Shown: positions 30,625 to 41,172, numbered from the stretch's first letter. The stretch is DNA of 64,000 nucleotides from Candidatus Cloacimonadota bacterium (GCA_963667255.1 OY762940.1:768001-832000), one strand, 5' to 3'. A program made the numbers and translations. The notes: a model not told the origin generated them from the sequence alone.

Positions 30625-30658
30625 AGAGCCTTCTGCTTTGATGCGGGAGGCTTTTTTT
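30625..30658 (+). terminator. Intrinsic terminator after efp
   Basis: AGAGCCTTCTGC...GCGGGAGGCTTT followed by a T-tract. Confidence 0.75.
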
Positions 30659-30677
30659 GTGGAGTTACCAAGGAAAA

Positions 30678-30754
30678 TGGTCGGGATGACAGGATTTGAA
30701 CCTGCGACCACATGAACCCCATTCATGTACGCTACCGGACTGCGCTACATCCCG
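30678..30754 (-). tRNA. tRNA-Pro(GGG)
   Basis: Minus-strand CATGA-atGGGgt-TCATG and CCA. Confidence 0.95.
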
Positions 30755-30810
30755 ACTGTTAAAAATATGCTTTCGGGTTACGGAAATTTGGTCAAGATTT
30801 TTTTTCGATT

Positions 30811-32373
30811 TCAGGAAGGCAGATTTTGTAGCTTCTGGTTGAGCAGTATTTTCCCTTGCTTTATCCCTCTCTTGATTTGTCCCTCAATTTTTACGGGAGA
30901 GCCGTTGATTATTACCAAATCTAAATTCTTAACCTCTTTACCTTCATAGTCGATTTTGTCACTAAAGCTGACAAGGTCTGCGTAATATTTTTCTTTTATC
31001 AGTCCTCTTTTTTCTAAGCCGAAAATTTTTGCAGGGTATTCGCTCATTTTGTAGATTGCAGTTTCTAAAGGCAGTATTTTTTTCTGGAATACGGCTTGTT
31101 TCAGTATTCTGGGGAAAGTAACAAATCCGCGAGGGTGCGTGCTCAGAGGCAATGAGTCCGTAGAAAAAACACCCTTTGGGTGAACCAAAATTTTTTCGGC
31201 AACTTCTTCCGTGGAGAAGTAGTCTTTCATCAAAATGTGACCTTTCTCTTCAGCGAGGAGCAAGAGCATTGCCTCCAGAGGATTTTTGCCAAGGGGAATT
31301 TCGGTCAGATTTTTCCCGATGAGGTGTTTGTTTATTTCCAGAGAATCTATCAGAATATTTTTCGCTCCCAAAAATTTGTAGAGGTTGTCCCACGGCAAAG
31401 TGGAACTGTTTTTCTCGACGGTTTTTTGCACAAGTTCCCTGAAATCTTTGTCTTTCAATCTTTCGCAAGTTACTTCCAAGCCTCGTGCGTCCATTAGCTC
31501 GGGCGGAATCAGCGATGCCAAGAGTGTGCACCCGTTGTTGTAAAAGTAGGTGTCGAATGTTAGATTGTGCTTTTCGATGAGGGCAAAGATTTCGGGCAAA
31601 AATTTAGCGTGTTCATTGCCGATGATTTTTAGGTGAGAGATGTGCAATTGACAATGGGCTTGATTTGCCAACGATGCGATTTCGGTAAGAGCTTTCACGA
31701 TTTTGTCGCTTTCGCTTTTCATATGCACGCTGACGATGACATCATATTTTGCGGCGACTTCGAGCAGAGCTTTGACTTCGTTTTTGCGATAATATAGAGC
31801 CGGTAGGTAGATGAAGCCGAACGACAAAATTTTTATTCCTGCTCGAAATCCTACTTCTGCCAGTTCGCAAATATTTTTGATTTGTTCGTCAGTCAATGGC
31901 AGATTTTGGTCCCGGGTTTGCGTGTAGCGGAGAACGCCATGAGCTATGGACGGCACATTATTTATGGCAAGCCTATTTTTTTGCAGTGCCGACAAATATT
32001 CCGCAGAACTTTCCCAACTCCAGTCAATTGGTAGGTCTCCTATCAGCAGACTGTTACGAAATTGGGGTTGCAAACTTTTTGGCATCGGATGCACTCCGAG
32101 CCCGCATTGTCCGGTAATCTCCGTGGTAATTCCTTGCTGAATTTTGGAGTGTAACAAATCGTCTGTAAAATATGCCAAATCGTAGTGCGAATGGGAATCT
32201 ATGAACCCCGGAGTAAGATAATTTCCTTTCAAATCGAAAGTTATGTCATCTTGGAGCTTAATATTCTTCTCGATTTTTTCTATCAACTCATCCACTATCA
32301 GCAAATCGGAAAGATAGGGAGGAGTTACGCCGTCGCCATTGATGATGTTAGCATTCTTTATTAAAATTTTCAT
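30811..32373 (-). CDS. N-acyl-D-amino-acid deacylase-like amidohydrolase
   Basis: MKILIKNANIING start, PGFIDSHSHYD, GITT...GQCG, ISHLK, HPR...TFPR and YYADLV. Confidence 0.85.
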   Translation of the reverse strand: MKILIKNANIINGDGVTPPYLSDLLIVDELIEKIEKNIKLQDDITFDLKGNYLTPGFIDSHSHYDLAYFTDDLLHSKIQQGITTEITGQCGLGVHPMPKSLQPQFRNSLLIGDLPIDWSWESSAEYLSALQKNRLAINNVPSIAHGVLRYTQTRDQNLPLTDEQIKNICELAEVGFRAGIKILSFGFIYLPALYYRKNEVKALLEVAAKYDVIVSVHMKSESDKIVKALTEIASLANQAHCQLHISHLKIIGNEHAKFLPEIFALIEKHNLTFDTYFYNNGCTLLASLIPPELMDARGLEVTCERLKDKDFRELVQKTVEKNSSTLPWDNLYKFLGAKNILIDSLEINKHLIGKNLTEIPLGKNPLEAMLLLLAEEKGHILMKDYFSTEEVAEKILVHPKGVFSTDSLPLSTHPRGFVTFPRILKQAVFQKKILPLETAIYKMSEYPAKIFGLEKRGLIKEKYYADLVSFSDKIDYEGKEVKNLDLVIINGSPVKIEGQIKRGIKQGKILLNQKLQNLPS

Positions 32374-32518
32374 AATTGCACTAAATTTTTCATTCACAAA
32401 ATCGCAAGAAATAAGAGAAAATTTATTTTGTAAAAGATTTAACAAAATTCGTAATTAATTTGACATCAATTTTTAAATAAAGTAGATTGACACAATTTAA
32501 AATTTAATGGAGGAAATT

Positions 32519-33757
32519 ATGAGTGATGTAGAAAAGCATAGTCATGATTATGCATTGGAAAAAGTTCCCGGTGATGCAAAACGGGGCTTTTGGTCTTTAT
32601 TGGTGGTTATGCTGGGGTTTACTTTTTTCTCAGCAAGTATGTGGGCAGGAGGAAGTTTAGGAACACAATTAACCCTAGGCAATTTTTTCATCGTGGTTTT
32701 TTGTGGTAATTTAATCTTGGGTCTTTATACGGGATTGTTGGCTAATATTGCCGGTAAAACCGGATTGAGCACTCACCTTTTGGCTCATTACTCTTACGGA
32801 ACTTCAGGCTCTTATTTGGCTTCTTTCTTGCTTGCTTTTACTCAAATCGGTTGGTTTGGAGTGGGAGTGGCTATGTTCGCTTTGCCTGTGCAGAAGGTAA
32901 CCGGCTTGAATATCTATTTGTTGGTTATTTTGTCAGGGGCTTTGATGACATGCACCGCTTATATTGGGTTTAAGGCGTTAACAGCTCTCAGTTTTGTGGC
33001 TGTTCCTGCCATTACCATTTTGGGGTTGATGTCTGTTTCTAAGGCTACTGCTTCTGCAGGAGGATTTGGAGCATTGGCTGCTTTGGTGCCAGACAATAGT
33101 ATGTCTATGTTTTTGGCAATTTCCGCTTGTGTCGGCTCTTTCATTTCAGGAGGAACTTTGACACCGGATTTCACCAGATTTGCTAAGTCTTCCAAGATAG
33201 GTGTGTCTACCACGGTTATCGCATTTTTCATCGGAAACACTTTGATGTTTCTTTTTGGTGCTGTGGGTGCTATGGCTACCGGAAATTCCGATATTTCAGA
33301 GGTTTTGTTTAGTCAAGGTCTTATAGTTGCCGGAATTATTATTCTCGGATTTAATATTTGGACTACTAACGATAACGCTCTCTATGCTTCTGGTTTGGGC
33401 TTGTCCAACATTACCAAATTGCCGAAAGATAAGCTGGTTATTTTTATAGGTGCTTTGGGGACTTTTACAGCTATTTGGCTTTATAACAATTTCGTTGGCT
33501 GGCTCAGTTTCCTTAGTGTTGCAGTTCCTTCTATCGGTGCTATTATTATCACTGATTTCTATTTTGTGAAAAAAGGCAAATATCAAGAATACACCGAAGC
33601 AAATCATAAGAATATTCATTGGGCTGCTATAATTGCTTGGGTAATCGGATTTTTAGCTGCCAAATATTTGCCGGGTATTCCGCCGATTAACGGAATCTTG
33701 GCTGCCGGTATCAGTTATTTTATCGGTTGCAAAATGGAAGCGAAGAGCGAAGCTTAA
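32519..33757 (+). CDS. codB: Cytosine permease (NCS1 family)
   Basis: LGFTFFSASMW, TQIGWFGVG and NIWTTNDNALY, adjacent to codA. Confidence 0.93.
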   Translation: MSDVEKHSHDYALEKVPGDAKRGFWSLLVVMLGFTFFSASMWAGGSLGTQLTLGNFFIVVFCGNLILGLYTGLLANIAGKTGLSTHLLAHYSYGTSGSYLASFLLAFTQIGWFGVGVAMFALPVQKVTGLNIYLLVILSGALMTCTAYIGFKALTALSFVAVPAITILGLMSVSKATASAGGFGALAALVPDNSMSMFLAISACVGSFISGGTLTPDFTRFAKSSKIGVSTTVIAFFIGNTLMFLFGAVGAMATGNSDISEVLFSQGLIVAGIIILGFNIWTTNDNALYASGLGLSNITKLPKDKLVIFIGALGTFTAIWLYNNFVGWLSFLSVAVPSIGAIIITDFYFVKKGKYQEYTEANHKNIHWAAIIAWVIGFLAAKYLPGIPPINGILAAGISYFIGCKMEAKSEA

Positions 33758-33781
33758 ACTTGTATGTGAATTTTATTAGAT

Positions 33782-33825
33782 TGAACCGACTTTGCCATGG
33801 TTAGCGGGGTCGGTTCATGTTTTTT
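33782..33825 (+). terminator. Long hairpin plus T-tract between codB and codA
   Basis: TGAACCGACTTTGC...GCGGGGTCGGTTCA followed by TGTTTTTT. Confidence 0.55.
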
Positions 33826-33839
33826 GAAGGATATTAAAG

Positions 33840-35099
33840 ATGTTGGTAAAAAATATAAAATTACAAGATAGAGAAGAATTGTGGCAAATTTTGATAAGAA
33901 ATGGGAAGATAGCCAAAATAGCTGAAAATATTGATGATAAAGATGATGAGATAATAGACGGTCGTGGCAATTTAGCATGGTCTCCTCTGATAGAGCCACA
34001 TGTTCACTTGGACACTACACTCACTGCCGGACAACCCAGATGGAATCTATCTGGAACTCTTTTTGAAGGGATAGAGAGATGGTCGGAGAGAAAAAAAACT
34101 TTGAGCGAAAAAGATGTGATGGATAGGGCGAAAAAAGCTATCTCTTGGCAAGTTGCAGGTGGTATTCAGCATATCAGAACTCATGTTGACACCACTGACC
34201 CCGAGTTGACAGCTGTAAAAGCCTTGGTGAAAGTCAGGGAAGAGTTGAAAGACATTATTGATTTGCAGATTGTCGCTTTTCCTCAAGAGGGAATATTGTC
34301 GTATCCGAACGGATTGGATTTGCTGAAGAAGGCGATTGATTTGGGAGCTGATGTCATAGGTGCTATTCCTCATTTTGAGTTTACTCGGGAGTATGGTGTG
34401 GAATCTATTAAACAAATTATGGCGTTGGCAAAAGAGACAGGCTTGTTGGTTGATGTGCATTGTGACGAAATTGACGACGAACAGTCTAGATTTGTGGAAG
34501 TTTTGGCTACCAAGGCTCTGGAATATGGTATTGGCGATAAAGTTACTGCAAGTCATACCACGGCGATGCATTCATATAATAACGCCTATACTTATAAACT
34601 GTTCAGACTCCTTAAAATGTCAGGAATAAATTTTATTTCCAATCCGCTGGTCAATATTCATCTTCAAGGTAGATTTGATAATTATCCCAAAAGAAGAGGT
34701 CTGACGAGAGTGCCGGAGATGATAGATGCGGGCATCAATGTTTGTTTTGGGCATGACGATATTTTCGATCCTTGGTATCCTCTCGGAACAGGCAATATGT
34801 TGCAAGTTCTGCATATGGGATTGCACGCTACACAGATGATGGGCTATGAGCAATTGTGCAAGGGGTTAGACTTGATTTCTACCAATAGTGCCAAGACCTT
34901 ATCTCTAAAAGAGTATGGTATCAAAGAAGGCAATAATGCAAATTTCATTATTTTCAGCGAAGACAACTCTTACGATGTTCTCAGATTGCAGGCTAAGGTG
35001 GCCTATTCCATAAGGAAAGGAAAAGTTATTTCAAGATGTGAACCTTTTGCTACTTATGTAAATTTAGGCGAGGGAGAAAAAATAGTAGATTATAAGTAA
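33840..35099 (+). CDS. codA: Cytosine deaminase
   Basis: [28 protein letters not shown] and GHDD..DPWYPLG. Confidence 0.96.
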   Translation: MLVKNIKLQDREELWQILIRNGKIAKIAENIDDKDDEIIDGRGNLAWSPLIEPHVHLDTTLTAGQPRWNLSGTLFEGIERWSERKKTLSEKDVMDRAKKAISWQVAGGIQHIRTHVDTTDPELTAVKALVKVREELKDIIDLQIVAFPQEGILSYPNGLDLLKKAIDLGADVIGAIPHFEFTREYGVESIKQIMALAKETGLLVDVHCDEIDDEQSRFVEVLATKALEYGIGDKVTASHTTAMHSYNNAYTYKLFRLLKMSGINFISNPLVNIHLQGRFDNYPKRRGLTRVPEMIDAGINVCFGHDDIFDPWYPLGTGNMLQVLHMGLHATQMMGYEQLCKGLDLISTNSAKTLSLKEYGIKEGNNANFIIFSEDNSYDVLRLQAKVAYSIRKGKVISRCEPFATYVNLGEGEKIVDYK

Positions 35100-35230
35100 G
35101 CGTTATAACTCCATAGATTTGTATTAATTTAAAAAAATTGTTGACGGCTCGGGTCAGATAAAAAAAATCTAAAAACTTTTTTCTGAACGAGCTGTTTTCG
35201 TTAAAATCATATAGAAGCAAGGAGAGAAAT

Positions 35231-36802
35231 ATGGAGCAGAGTTTTGGGTGGTTGGCTATATTGCCACCTTTGATTGCCATCGGTTTGGCAATTTGGAAAA
35301 GGGAAGTCGTTATATCGCTTCTTTTGGGGACATTTGTTGGTGTGACCATCATCAATGGTTGGAATCCAGTCAAAGGTTTATTGGAAACCTTTAGCACATA
35401 CATCGTCGGCAAATCTTTGGCTGACGCATGGAATGTTGGTGTGATTCTTTTTTGTTTGGCTATCGGAGGTATGATAGGCATTATCAGTAAAACTGGAGGC
35501 ACCAAGGCTATCGCCGATGCACTTACCAGTAAAGCTGCTGATACTCGTTCTACTATGCTTGCTACTTTTTTGATGACTTTGGCAATCTTTTTTGATGACT
35601 ATGCAAACTCTTTGCTTGTGGGCAATACGATGCGTCCTATCTCCGATAGTCAAAATATATCGCGAGAGAAATTTTCCTACATCATCGATACAGGTGCCGC
35701 CAGTGCATCATCTATTGCACCTATTTCCACTTGGATAGCTATGGAAATCGGGCTCATCGCTACAGCTTTTCAGGCTCTCGGCATCAAAGCAAATCCGATG
35801 ATTATTTTTTTTCAAACAATTCCGTTTAGGTTTTATTCTTTATTAGCCTTGTGTTTTGCCTTTATGATTATTTTCCTCAGAAGAGATTTCGGACCTATGT
35901 TGGAGGCAGAGTTGCGAGCCAGACGCACAGGCAAAGTGAATAGAGACGGTGCCGATCCTATCGTTACAGAGGACAAATCGCTGTTGCCGGACGAAGGTGT
36001 CGTGGGGACAATTTATGACATGCTTCTTCCTTTGCTCGTCTTTTTGTTCGTTACCATCGTTGGTCTTTGGTATAATGGCGGTGGTATGGAAAAGAGTATC
36101 AAAGACGCTTTTGGTGATGCCGATGCCTCAGTAGTGCTTACTTGGGGAGCGTTCATCAGTTCTATCGCTATTATTATCAAAGGAGTTATCAACAAAAAAT
36201 TCTCGTTGAAAGAGGCAGTCGATTCTTGGGTTGCCGGCGTGAAAACTATGTTGATGGCTTGTATCGTGCTTTGTCTTGCTTTTGCTCTCAAAGCCGTAAT
36301 CGATGAAATGGGTTTGTCAACCTGGATAGTGGAGAGTTTGAGAAATATTTTGTCGGGACACTTGGTGCCGGCTCTTACATTTGTGGTTGCCGCCTTCATC
36401 GCTACTGCCACGGGAACTTCTTGGGGAACTTGTGCCATTTTGATGCCGATTGCCATTCCTATCTCTGTTGGCTTTGCTGAAATCAGCGGAGGCAGTGAAT
36501 TGGGAATAATCGTGATTGCCACAATTGCTTCTGTTCTTACCGGCTCTGTGATGGGAGACCATTGCTCGCCAATCTCGGATACGACCATCTTGTCTTCTAC
36601 TGGAGCAGGTGCAGACCACATCGACCATGTTCGCACGCAGATGCCTTACGCCATAGTTGTTGCTGTTTTGGCTTTTGTTTTGTTTATTTTTGCCGGATAC
36701 GGATTAAATCCATTCATTTGTCTGCTGATAGGTGCTGTCTCGGTTTTCGCAATTATTAGATTTGTGGGAACTAAATACAACGACAAAGGCGAAATTTTAT
36801 AA
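35231..36802 (+). CDS. NhaC family Na+/H+ antiporter-like transporter
   Basis: IFFDDYAN, TGTSWGT, GDHCSPISDTT and HVRTQMPYA. Confidence 0.88.
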   Translation: MEQSFGWLAILPPLIAIGLAIWKREVVISLLLGTFVGVTIINGWNPVKGLLETFSTYIVGKSLADAWNVGVILFCLAIGGMIGIISKTGGTKAIADALTSKAADTRSTMLATFLMTLAIFFDDYANSLLVGNTMRPISDSQNISREKFSYIIDTGAASASSIAPISTWIAMEIGLIATAFQALGIKANPMIIFFQTIPFRFYSLLALCFAFMIIFLRRDFGPMLEAELRARRTGKVNRDGADPIVTEDKSLLPDEGVVGTIYDMLLPLLVFLFVTIVGLWYNGGGMEKSIKDAFGDADASVVLTWGAFISSIAIIIKGVINKKFSLKEAVDSWVAGVKTMLMACIVLCLAFALKAVIDEMGLSTWIVESLRNILSGHLVPALTFVVAAFIATATGTSWGTCAILMPIAIPISVGFAEISGGSELGIIVIATIASVLTGSVMGDHCSPISDTTILSSTGAGADHIDHVRTQMPYAIVVAVLAFVLFIFAGYGLNPFICLLIGAVSVFAIIRFVGTKYNDKGEIL

Positions 36803-36983
36803 TTTAGAGAGTTTGAATTTTTTAAAAGAGTTCGGAAATTTTCGGACTCTTTTTGTTTATTTGGAGCAAAATAGTAAATTCTCTGAATAAAAATTATGAA
36901 GCACAAAAAAAAAGAAAAAGTATTGGACATTATATACTTTCCTTTATTTTTGCAACACTAGAGAAATTATTGGAAGGTTTTAT

Positions 36984-38414
36984 ATGTCTGAAACTAATGC
37001 AACACAAGAGTTTTCAAAGCTTTTTGAGGAGTCTGTAAAGGACTTGGTAAGTTATAGTAGAGGAGACCAAGTCTCCGGTGAAATAATCAAAATTTCAGGG
37101 GGAAGCATTGTGGTCTCTCTCAAAGCTAGACAAGATGCTTTTGCCGATATTATTGAATATCAAAACAAAAATGGCGTGCTTGAATATAAGGTTGGGGACA
37201 TTTTGGAAGGGTTTGTTTTGAGGGTTGATGAAAATGTTATTGAGATTGGCAAAGCTCTCAGCAGTGACCATGCGGCGAATATGAAAATTACCGAGGCGAG
37301 AGAAAGCAATCTTCCTGTTTTGGGTAAAGTTGTGAAAGCCGTTAAAGGCGGATTTTTGGTTTCCGCATTGGATAAAACCGGATTTTGTCCCTATTCTCAT
37401 CTATCTTTGACTCGGATTGAGGACGAAAAAGATTTCGTTGGAAAGTCGTTTGAGTTTGAGATTATCAAGTTTGAAGATGGTGGCAAAGATTTTGTTCTCT
37501 CTAGAAAAGAGATTCTTCTCAAAAAAGCTGAAGCTGAGAAAAAAGCTGCTTTGGAAAAACTTTCCGTAGGCGATGTTGTCAAAGGCAAGGTTGAGAGCAT
37601 AAAAAATTATGGTGCTTTTCTTAATATTGGTGGCATTAGCGGGTTTTTGCATATCAGTAATATCTCTTGGAATAAAATTTCCCATCCTTCAAAAGTGCTG
37701 AAACAAGGCGAAAGTGTGGATGCCAAGATTATTGGGATAAAAGGCGACAAGATTGAACTTAGCATCAAAGATTTAACTATTGACCCGATGCTTGAGGCTG
37801 TGAACAACTATAAGGAAGGCGATGTTGTTTCTTGCAAAGTTGTGCAAAACACCAAGTTTGGCTCTTTTGTGGAGTTGTTTGAAGGTGTTCAAGGTTTAAT
37901 TCCTATTTCCGAGCTTTCTTGGGGTAAAAGAATTAAGAAAGCGGAAGAGGTTTTAAAGGTTGGTGACACGGTTGAAGCACAGATTATGGGTGTGGATATT
38001 GACAAAAAGAAAATTTCGCTCTCTTTCAAAAACTTGAAGGAAAATCCGTGGCAAAAAATTGAAGAGTTTGCTGTTGAGGGTGAGCCAGTCAAGGGCATTA
38101 TAGAAGGTGTTGCTAAGTTTGGTATCTTCGTGGAGATTGTGGAAGGTGTAACTGGTTTGCTCCCTAACGACAAAATGAAAGCCGCAAAGCTTTTTTATGA
38201 CGAAAACGATATTGGCAAAGAGGTTACTTTGAAAGTTGAAAATATAGATAAAGTGAAGAGAAAACTTTCATTAGAGCCGGTTAATTTGCCTAAGGATTAT
38301 TTCGAAAAGAAGGAAAAGGGTGCCAGTGACAAAGGTTCCGCCAAAGATTGGAAGAAGTATGCTACGGCGTCTGCTCCCAAGGTTGACCCTGATAATCCTT
38401 TTTCAGATTTATAA
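36984..38414 (+). CDS. rpsA: 30S ribosomal protein S1 (multiple S1 domains)
   Basis: About five tandem S1 repeats (YGAFL..GFLHISNISW, FGSFV..GLIPISELSW). Confidence 0.85.
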   Translation: MSETNATQEFSKLFEESVKDLVSYSRGDQVSGEIIKISGGSIVVSLKARQDAFADIIEYQNKNGVLEYKVGDILEGFVLRVDENVIEIGKALSSDHAANMKITEARESNLPVLGKVVKAVKGGFLVSALDKTGFCPYSHLSLTRIEDEKDFVGKSFEFEIIKFEDGGKDFVLSRKEILLKKAEAEKKAALEKLSVGDVVKGKVESIKNYGAFLNIGGISGFLHISNISWNKISHPSKVLKQGESVDAKIIGIKGDKIELSIKDLTIDPMLEAVNNYKEGDVVSCKVVQNTKFGSFVELFEGVQGLIPISELSWGKRIKKAEEVLKVGDTVEAQIMGVDIDKKKISLSFKNLKENPWQKIEEFAVEGEPVKGIIEGVAKFGIFVEIVEGVTGLLPNDKMKAAKLFYDENDIGKEVTLKVENIDKVKRKLSLEPVNLPKDYFEKKEKGASDKGSAKDWKKYATASAPKVDPDNPFSDL

Positions 38415-38431
38415 TTTGCGAGTAGAGAATA

Positions 38432-39250
38432 TTGTCTGAACCGAAATCAAAAGGTGTTCTTTACTTGGTGGCGACTCCCATCGGGAATTTGCAAGATATT
38501 ACATTTAGAGCAATTAGCGTGTTGCAAGAGGCTGACTGGATTTTGGCTGAGGATACGCGTGTTACTGGAAAGTTGCTTGCAAAATACGAAATTACCACCA
38601 AGATGATTCCTTATCATAAGTTTAATTTGAAGAGACAGAGCAAAAAAGTTCTGTCTCTTTTAGCGTCAGGAAATAAGATTGCTTTGGTTTCTGATGCTGG
38701 AACTCCCATTGTTAGTGACCCCGGTGCTGAGTTGGTGAATTTGGCTGTTGATTTGGGCTGTGCTGTTGTGCCTATTCCCGGAGCTTGTGCCTTTCTCTCG
38801 GCATTTGTGGCAAGTGGATTTGAGAGCGGTGGTTTCTATTTTGTGGGTTTCTGTTCCAAATTTGAGAATAGATTATTGGAGATAGGCGTTCCTCTGATTT
38901 TTTATGAAGCTCCGCACAGGATTATCTCTTTTCTGAAAAAGCTTTTGGATTTTTTTGGGAATCGCAAAGTGGTCATTGCCCGAGAGTTGACTAAATTGCA
39001 CGAATCTTTTTATCGCGGGAATTTGGCAGATTTTGTTTCTAATAGCGAAGATATGATGATAAAAGGCGAATTTGTTGTTATCGTTGATGGCTGTAAAAAG
39101 ATAGAAAGCTATGATGATTCTTTTATTTTACGGGAATTGCAAGCCGAAATTGACAAAGGTCGTTCTCATAAAAAGGCGATTACGCTGGTGTGTGAGAAAT
39201 TTGATTTGAAAAAAAACAAAGTTTATTCCCTTAGTTTGCAGATAAAATAG
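38432..39250 (+). CDS. rsmI: 16S rRNA C1402 2'-O-methyltransferase
   Basis: LYLVATPIGNL.DIT.RA, AEDTR, SDAGTP.VSDPG and ARELTKLHE. Confidence 0.96.
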   Translation: MSEPKSKGVLYLVATPIGNLQDITFRAISVLQEADWILAEDTRVTGKLLAKYEITTKMIPYHKFNLKRQSKKVLSLLASGNKIALVSDAGTPIVSDPGAELVNLAVDLGCAVVPIPGACAFLSAFVASGFESGGFYFVGFCSKFENRLLEIGVPLIFYEAPHRIISFLKKLLDFFGNRKVVIARELTKLHESFYRGNLADFVSNSEDMMIKGEFVVIVDGCKKIESYDDSFILRELQAEIDKGRSHKKAITLVCEKFDLKKNKVYSLSLQIK

Positions 39251-39271
39251 TCTCAAAAAATTGCTTTTTTA

Positions 39272-40382
39272 GGGAGCGTGCATTTAATTGGGTCTAATTT
39301 CCACTCCTTTTGAATAATTATTGAACCAAATTTTCAAAAAATGATTCATATTTTTTTCAGATTTAAATCCGTCTAAATTTTTTAATTTCCTATTCAATTG
39401 TCGATTAATATTTTCAATTTTATTTGTTGTTTTATCCAAAAAATCGTAATGAAAATGAGCAGTTAATAAACCAAAGTTTCGATTAATTGATTTAATAAAA
39501 CGCTTATGAATTTTTAGGCGAAAAAATTTTTCATAGTGATTAAGCGAACTTAAATTATTTTCAGCTTCTTGTAAAGTTTCAGCATTTAAAATGCTCTTAA
39601 TCAAGTTCTTAAAGAAAATATTTCGTCTAAAAAACTTACTCTTTTTTGTTTTAGGAACATTGATATTAACGCTTCTTAAATAATGAACCAAGCAAATTTG
39701 ATGTGGAACATCTTCAAAAAGTTGGTTAACTGGCTTAACAAAGCACTTCCCTCGCCCAAAATCTGACACAATCCCAATTATTTTGTTGTCATACATTTTT
39801 TTTAGTCTATTCAAAAAGTCTTCAGATGAACTACTATGTTCTCTATCATAAATCTTGTAATATATTGGTTTATCAAGTAGTTTGCTACTGGCGACTAAGA
39901 CAACTTTTCGCTTACCGTTTATCTTAATTTCCTTGCCATCAATATAAATTGTTGTCTCATCTATATTGCTGTGTAACACATTATCCTGATATAAATTAGC
40001 TCGCTGAGGTATCCAATTAAGAGTACTATTTTTACAAATCCCATGTCTTTTAGCAACTTCAGAAAGAGAACTTTTGGTTGAAATATAGTCAGTAACAACC
40101 TTATCTTTGAATTTTGGTGCAAAATGAGTTCTCTTATTATATCCAAAATTGGTAAAACTTATTTGGCAATCTTTACAATAAAATCGTTGAGTTTTGACTT
40201 TAATTTTCCCACGATTAGTTGTTCTTTCAGAGAAAATATATCCCTTCTTTTTTGTGTTTAAGCTATCACAATTTGGACAGCGTTTTTTTTGATTATACTC
40301 ATGGCATTTTAATAAATGTTCATAACTTATTCTGTCAAACATAATTAGGTCTTATTTCAGACCCAGTTATTTGCACACTCCC
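39272..40382 (-). mobile_element. Intact IS (IS256/Mutator-like), 1111 bp
   Basis: 24-bp imperfect IRs GGGAGCGTGCATTTAATTGGGTCT / GGGAGTGTGCAAATAACTGGGTCT, 8-bp TSD CTTTTTTA (39264-39271, 40383-40390), AT-rich interior. Confidence 0.92.
39284..40342 (-). CDS. DDE transposase with N-terminal Zn ribbon and HTH
   Basis: CPNC..CKDC, IYIDG, IVSDFG, HQICLVH and TTNKIENINR. Confidence 0.9.
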   Translation of the reverse strand: MFDRISYEHLLKCHEYNQKKRCPNCDSLNTKKKGYIFSERTTNRGKIKVKTQRFYCKDCQISFTNFGYNKRTHFAPKFKDKVVTDYISTKSSLSEVAKRHGICKNSTLNWIPQRANLYQDNVLHSNIDETTIYIDGKEIKINGKRKVVLVASSKLLDKPIYYKIYDREHSSSSEDFLNRLKKMYDNKIIGIVSDFGRGKCFVKPVNQLFEDVPHQICLVHYLRSVNINVPKTKKSKFFRRNIFFKNLIKSILNAETLQEAENNLSSLNHYEKFFRLKIHKRFIKSINRNFGLLTAHFHYDFLDKTTNKIENINRQLNRKLKNLDGFKSEKNMNHFLKIWFNNYSKGVEIRPN

Positions 40383-40498
40383 CTTTTTTACGATTATTAA
40401 AAAACTGTTTTCAAAGAGAGAAAAAAGATTTGACAGCAAAACAGCCGAATATTTCTTAGACCAGAATTGATATTTGATAGAAGTGTGAAAAATTAGAT

Positions 40499-40583
40499 GG
40501 AGGATTAGTCTAATTGGTAAGGCAGCGGTCTTGAAAACCGCCGGGTTATGCCCTTGAGAGTTCGAGTCCCTCATCCTCCGCCA
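40499..40583 (+). tRNA. tRNA-Ser(TGA)
   Basis: GCGGT-ctTGAaa-ACCGC, variable arm and CCA. Confidence 0.94.
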
Positions 40584-40602
40584 TTTTTATAATTAATGTC
40601 GT

Positions 40603-40692
40603 GGAGAGATGACCGAGCGGCCGAAGGTGCACGCCTGCTAAGCGTGTGTAGGTTCACCCCTACCGAGGGTTCGAATCCCTCTCTCTCCGCCA
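40603..40692 (+). tRNA. tRNA-Ser(GCT)
   Basis: CACGC-ctGCTaa-GCGTG, long variable arm and CCA. Confidence 0.96.
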
Positions 40693-40728
40693 TTTAGTTT
40701 TAAAGTTTGATTTTTTAGAAAAGCAAGT

Positions 40729-40803
40729 TGGGCCGTCGTCAAGCGGTAAGACACATGGTTTTGGTCCATGCATTCGAGGGTTCGAATCCTTCCGGCCCAA
40801 CCA
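40729..40803 (+). tRNA. tRNA-Gln(TTG)
   Basis: CATGG-ttTTGgt-CCATG, U1-A72 and CCA. Confidence 0.95.
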
Positions 40804-40837
40804 TTTGTCTTTTCGAGAAAATATTACCTCCTTTATT

Positions 40838-40913
40838 GGCGGGATAGCTCAGTTGGTAGAGCAGAGGCCTGAAAAGCCTTGTGTCCCCAGTTCAAGTCTG
40901 GGTCCTGCCACCA
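40838..40913 (+). tRNA. tRNA-Phe(GAA)
   Basis: GAGGC-ctGAAaa-GCCTT and CCA. Confidence 0.96.
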
Positions 40914-40916
40914 TTT

Positions 40917-40953
40917 TATGCCACCTTTTTTTCCATAAGGTGGCATATTTTTT
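40917..40953 (+). terminator. Hairpin (terminator or processing site) inside the tRNA cluster
   Basis: TATGCCACCTT...AAGGTGGCATA followed by a T-tract. Confidence 0.55.
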
Positions 40954-40988
40954 AAAAAATAAAGGTATGTGTATCAGGTATCAATTTA

Positions 40989-41064
40989 GCCAATGTAGCT
41001 CAGCTGGTAGAGCCGCTGATTTGTAATCAGCTGGTCGGGGGTTCGAGTCCTCTCATTGGCTCCA
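40989..41064 (+). tRNA. tRNA-Thr(TGT)
   Basis: GCTGA-ttTGTaa-TCAGC and CCA. Confidence 0.96.
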
Positions 41065-41087
41065 TTTTTTTTACTATTTATAGATGT

Positions 41088-41172
41088 GGTGAGGTTCCCG
41101 AGCGGTCAAAGGGAACAGACTGTAAATCTGTCGGCGAAGCCTTCGAAGGTTCGAATCCTTCCCTCACCACCA
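41088..41172 (+). tRNA. tRNA-Tyr(GTA)
   Basis: ACAGA-ctGTAaa-TCTGT, variable arm and CCA. Confidence 0.96.
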
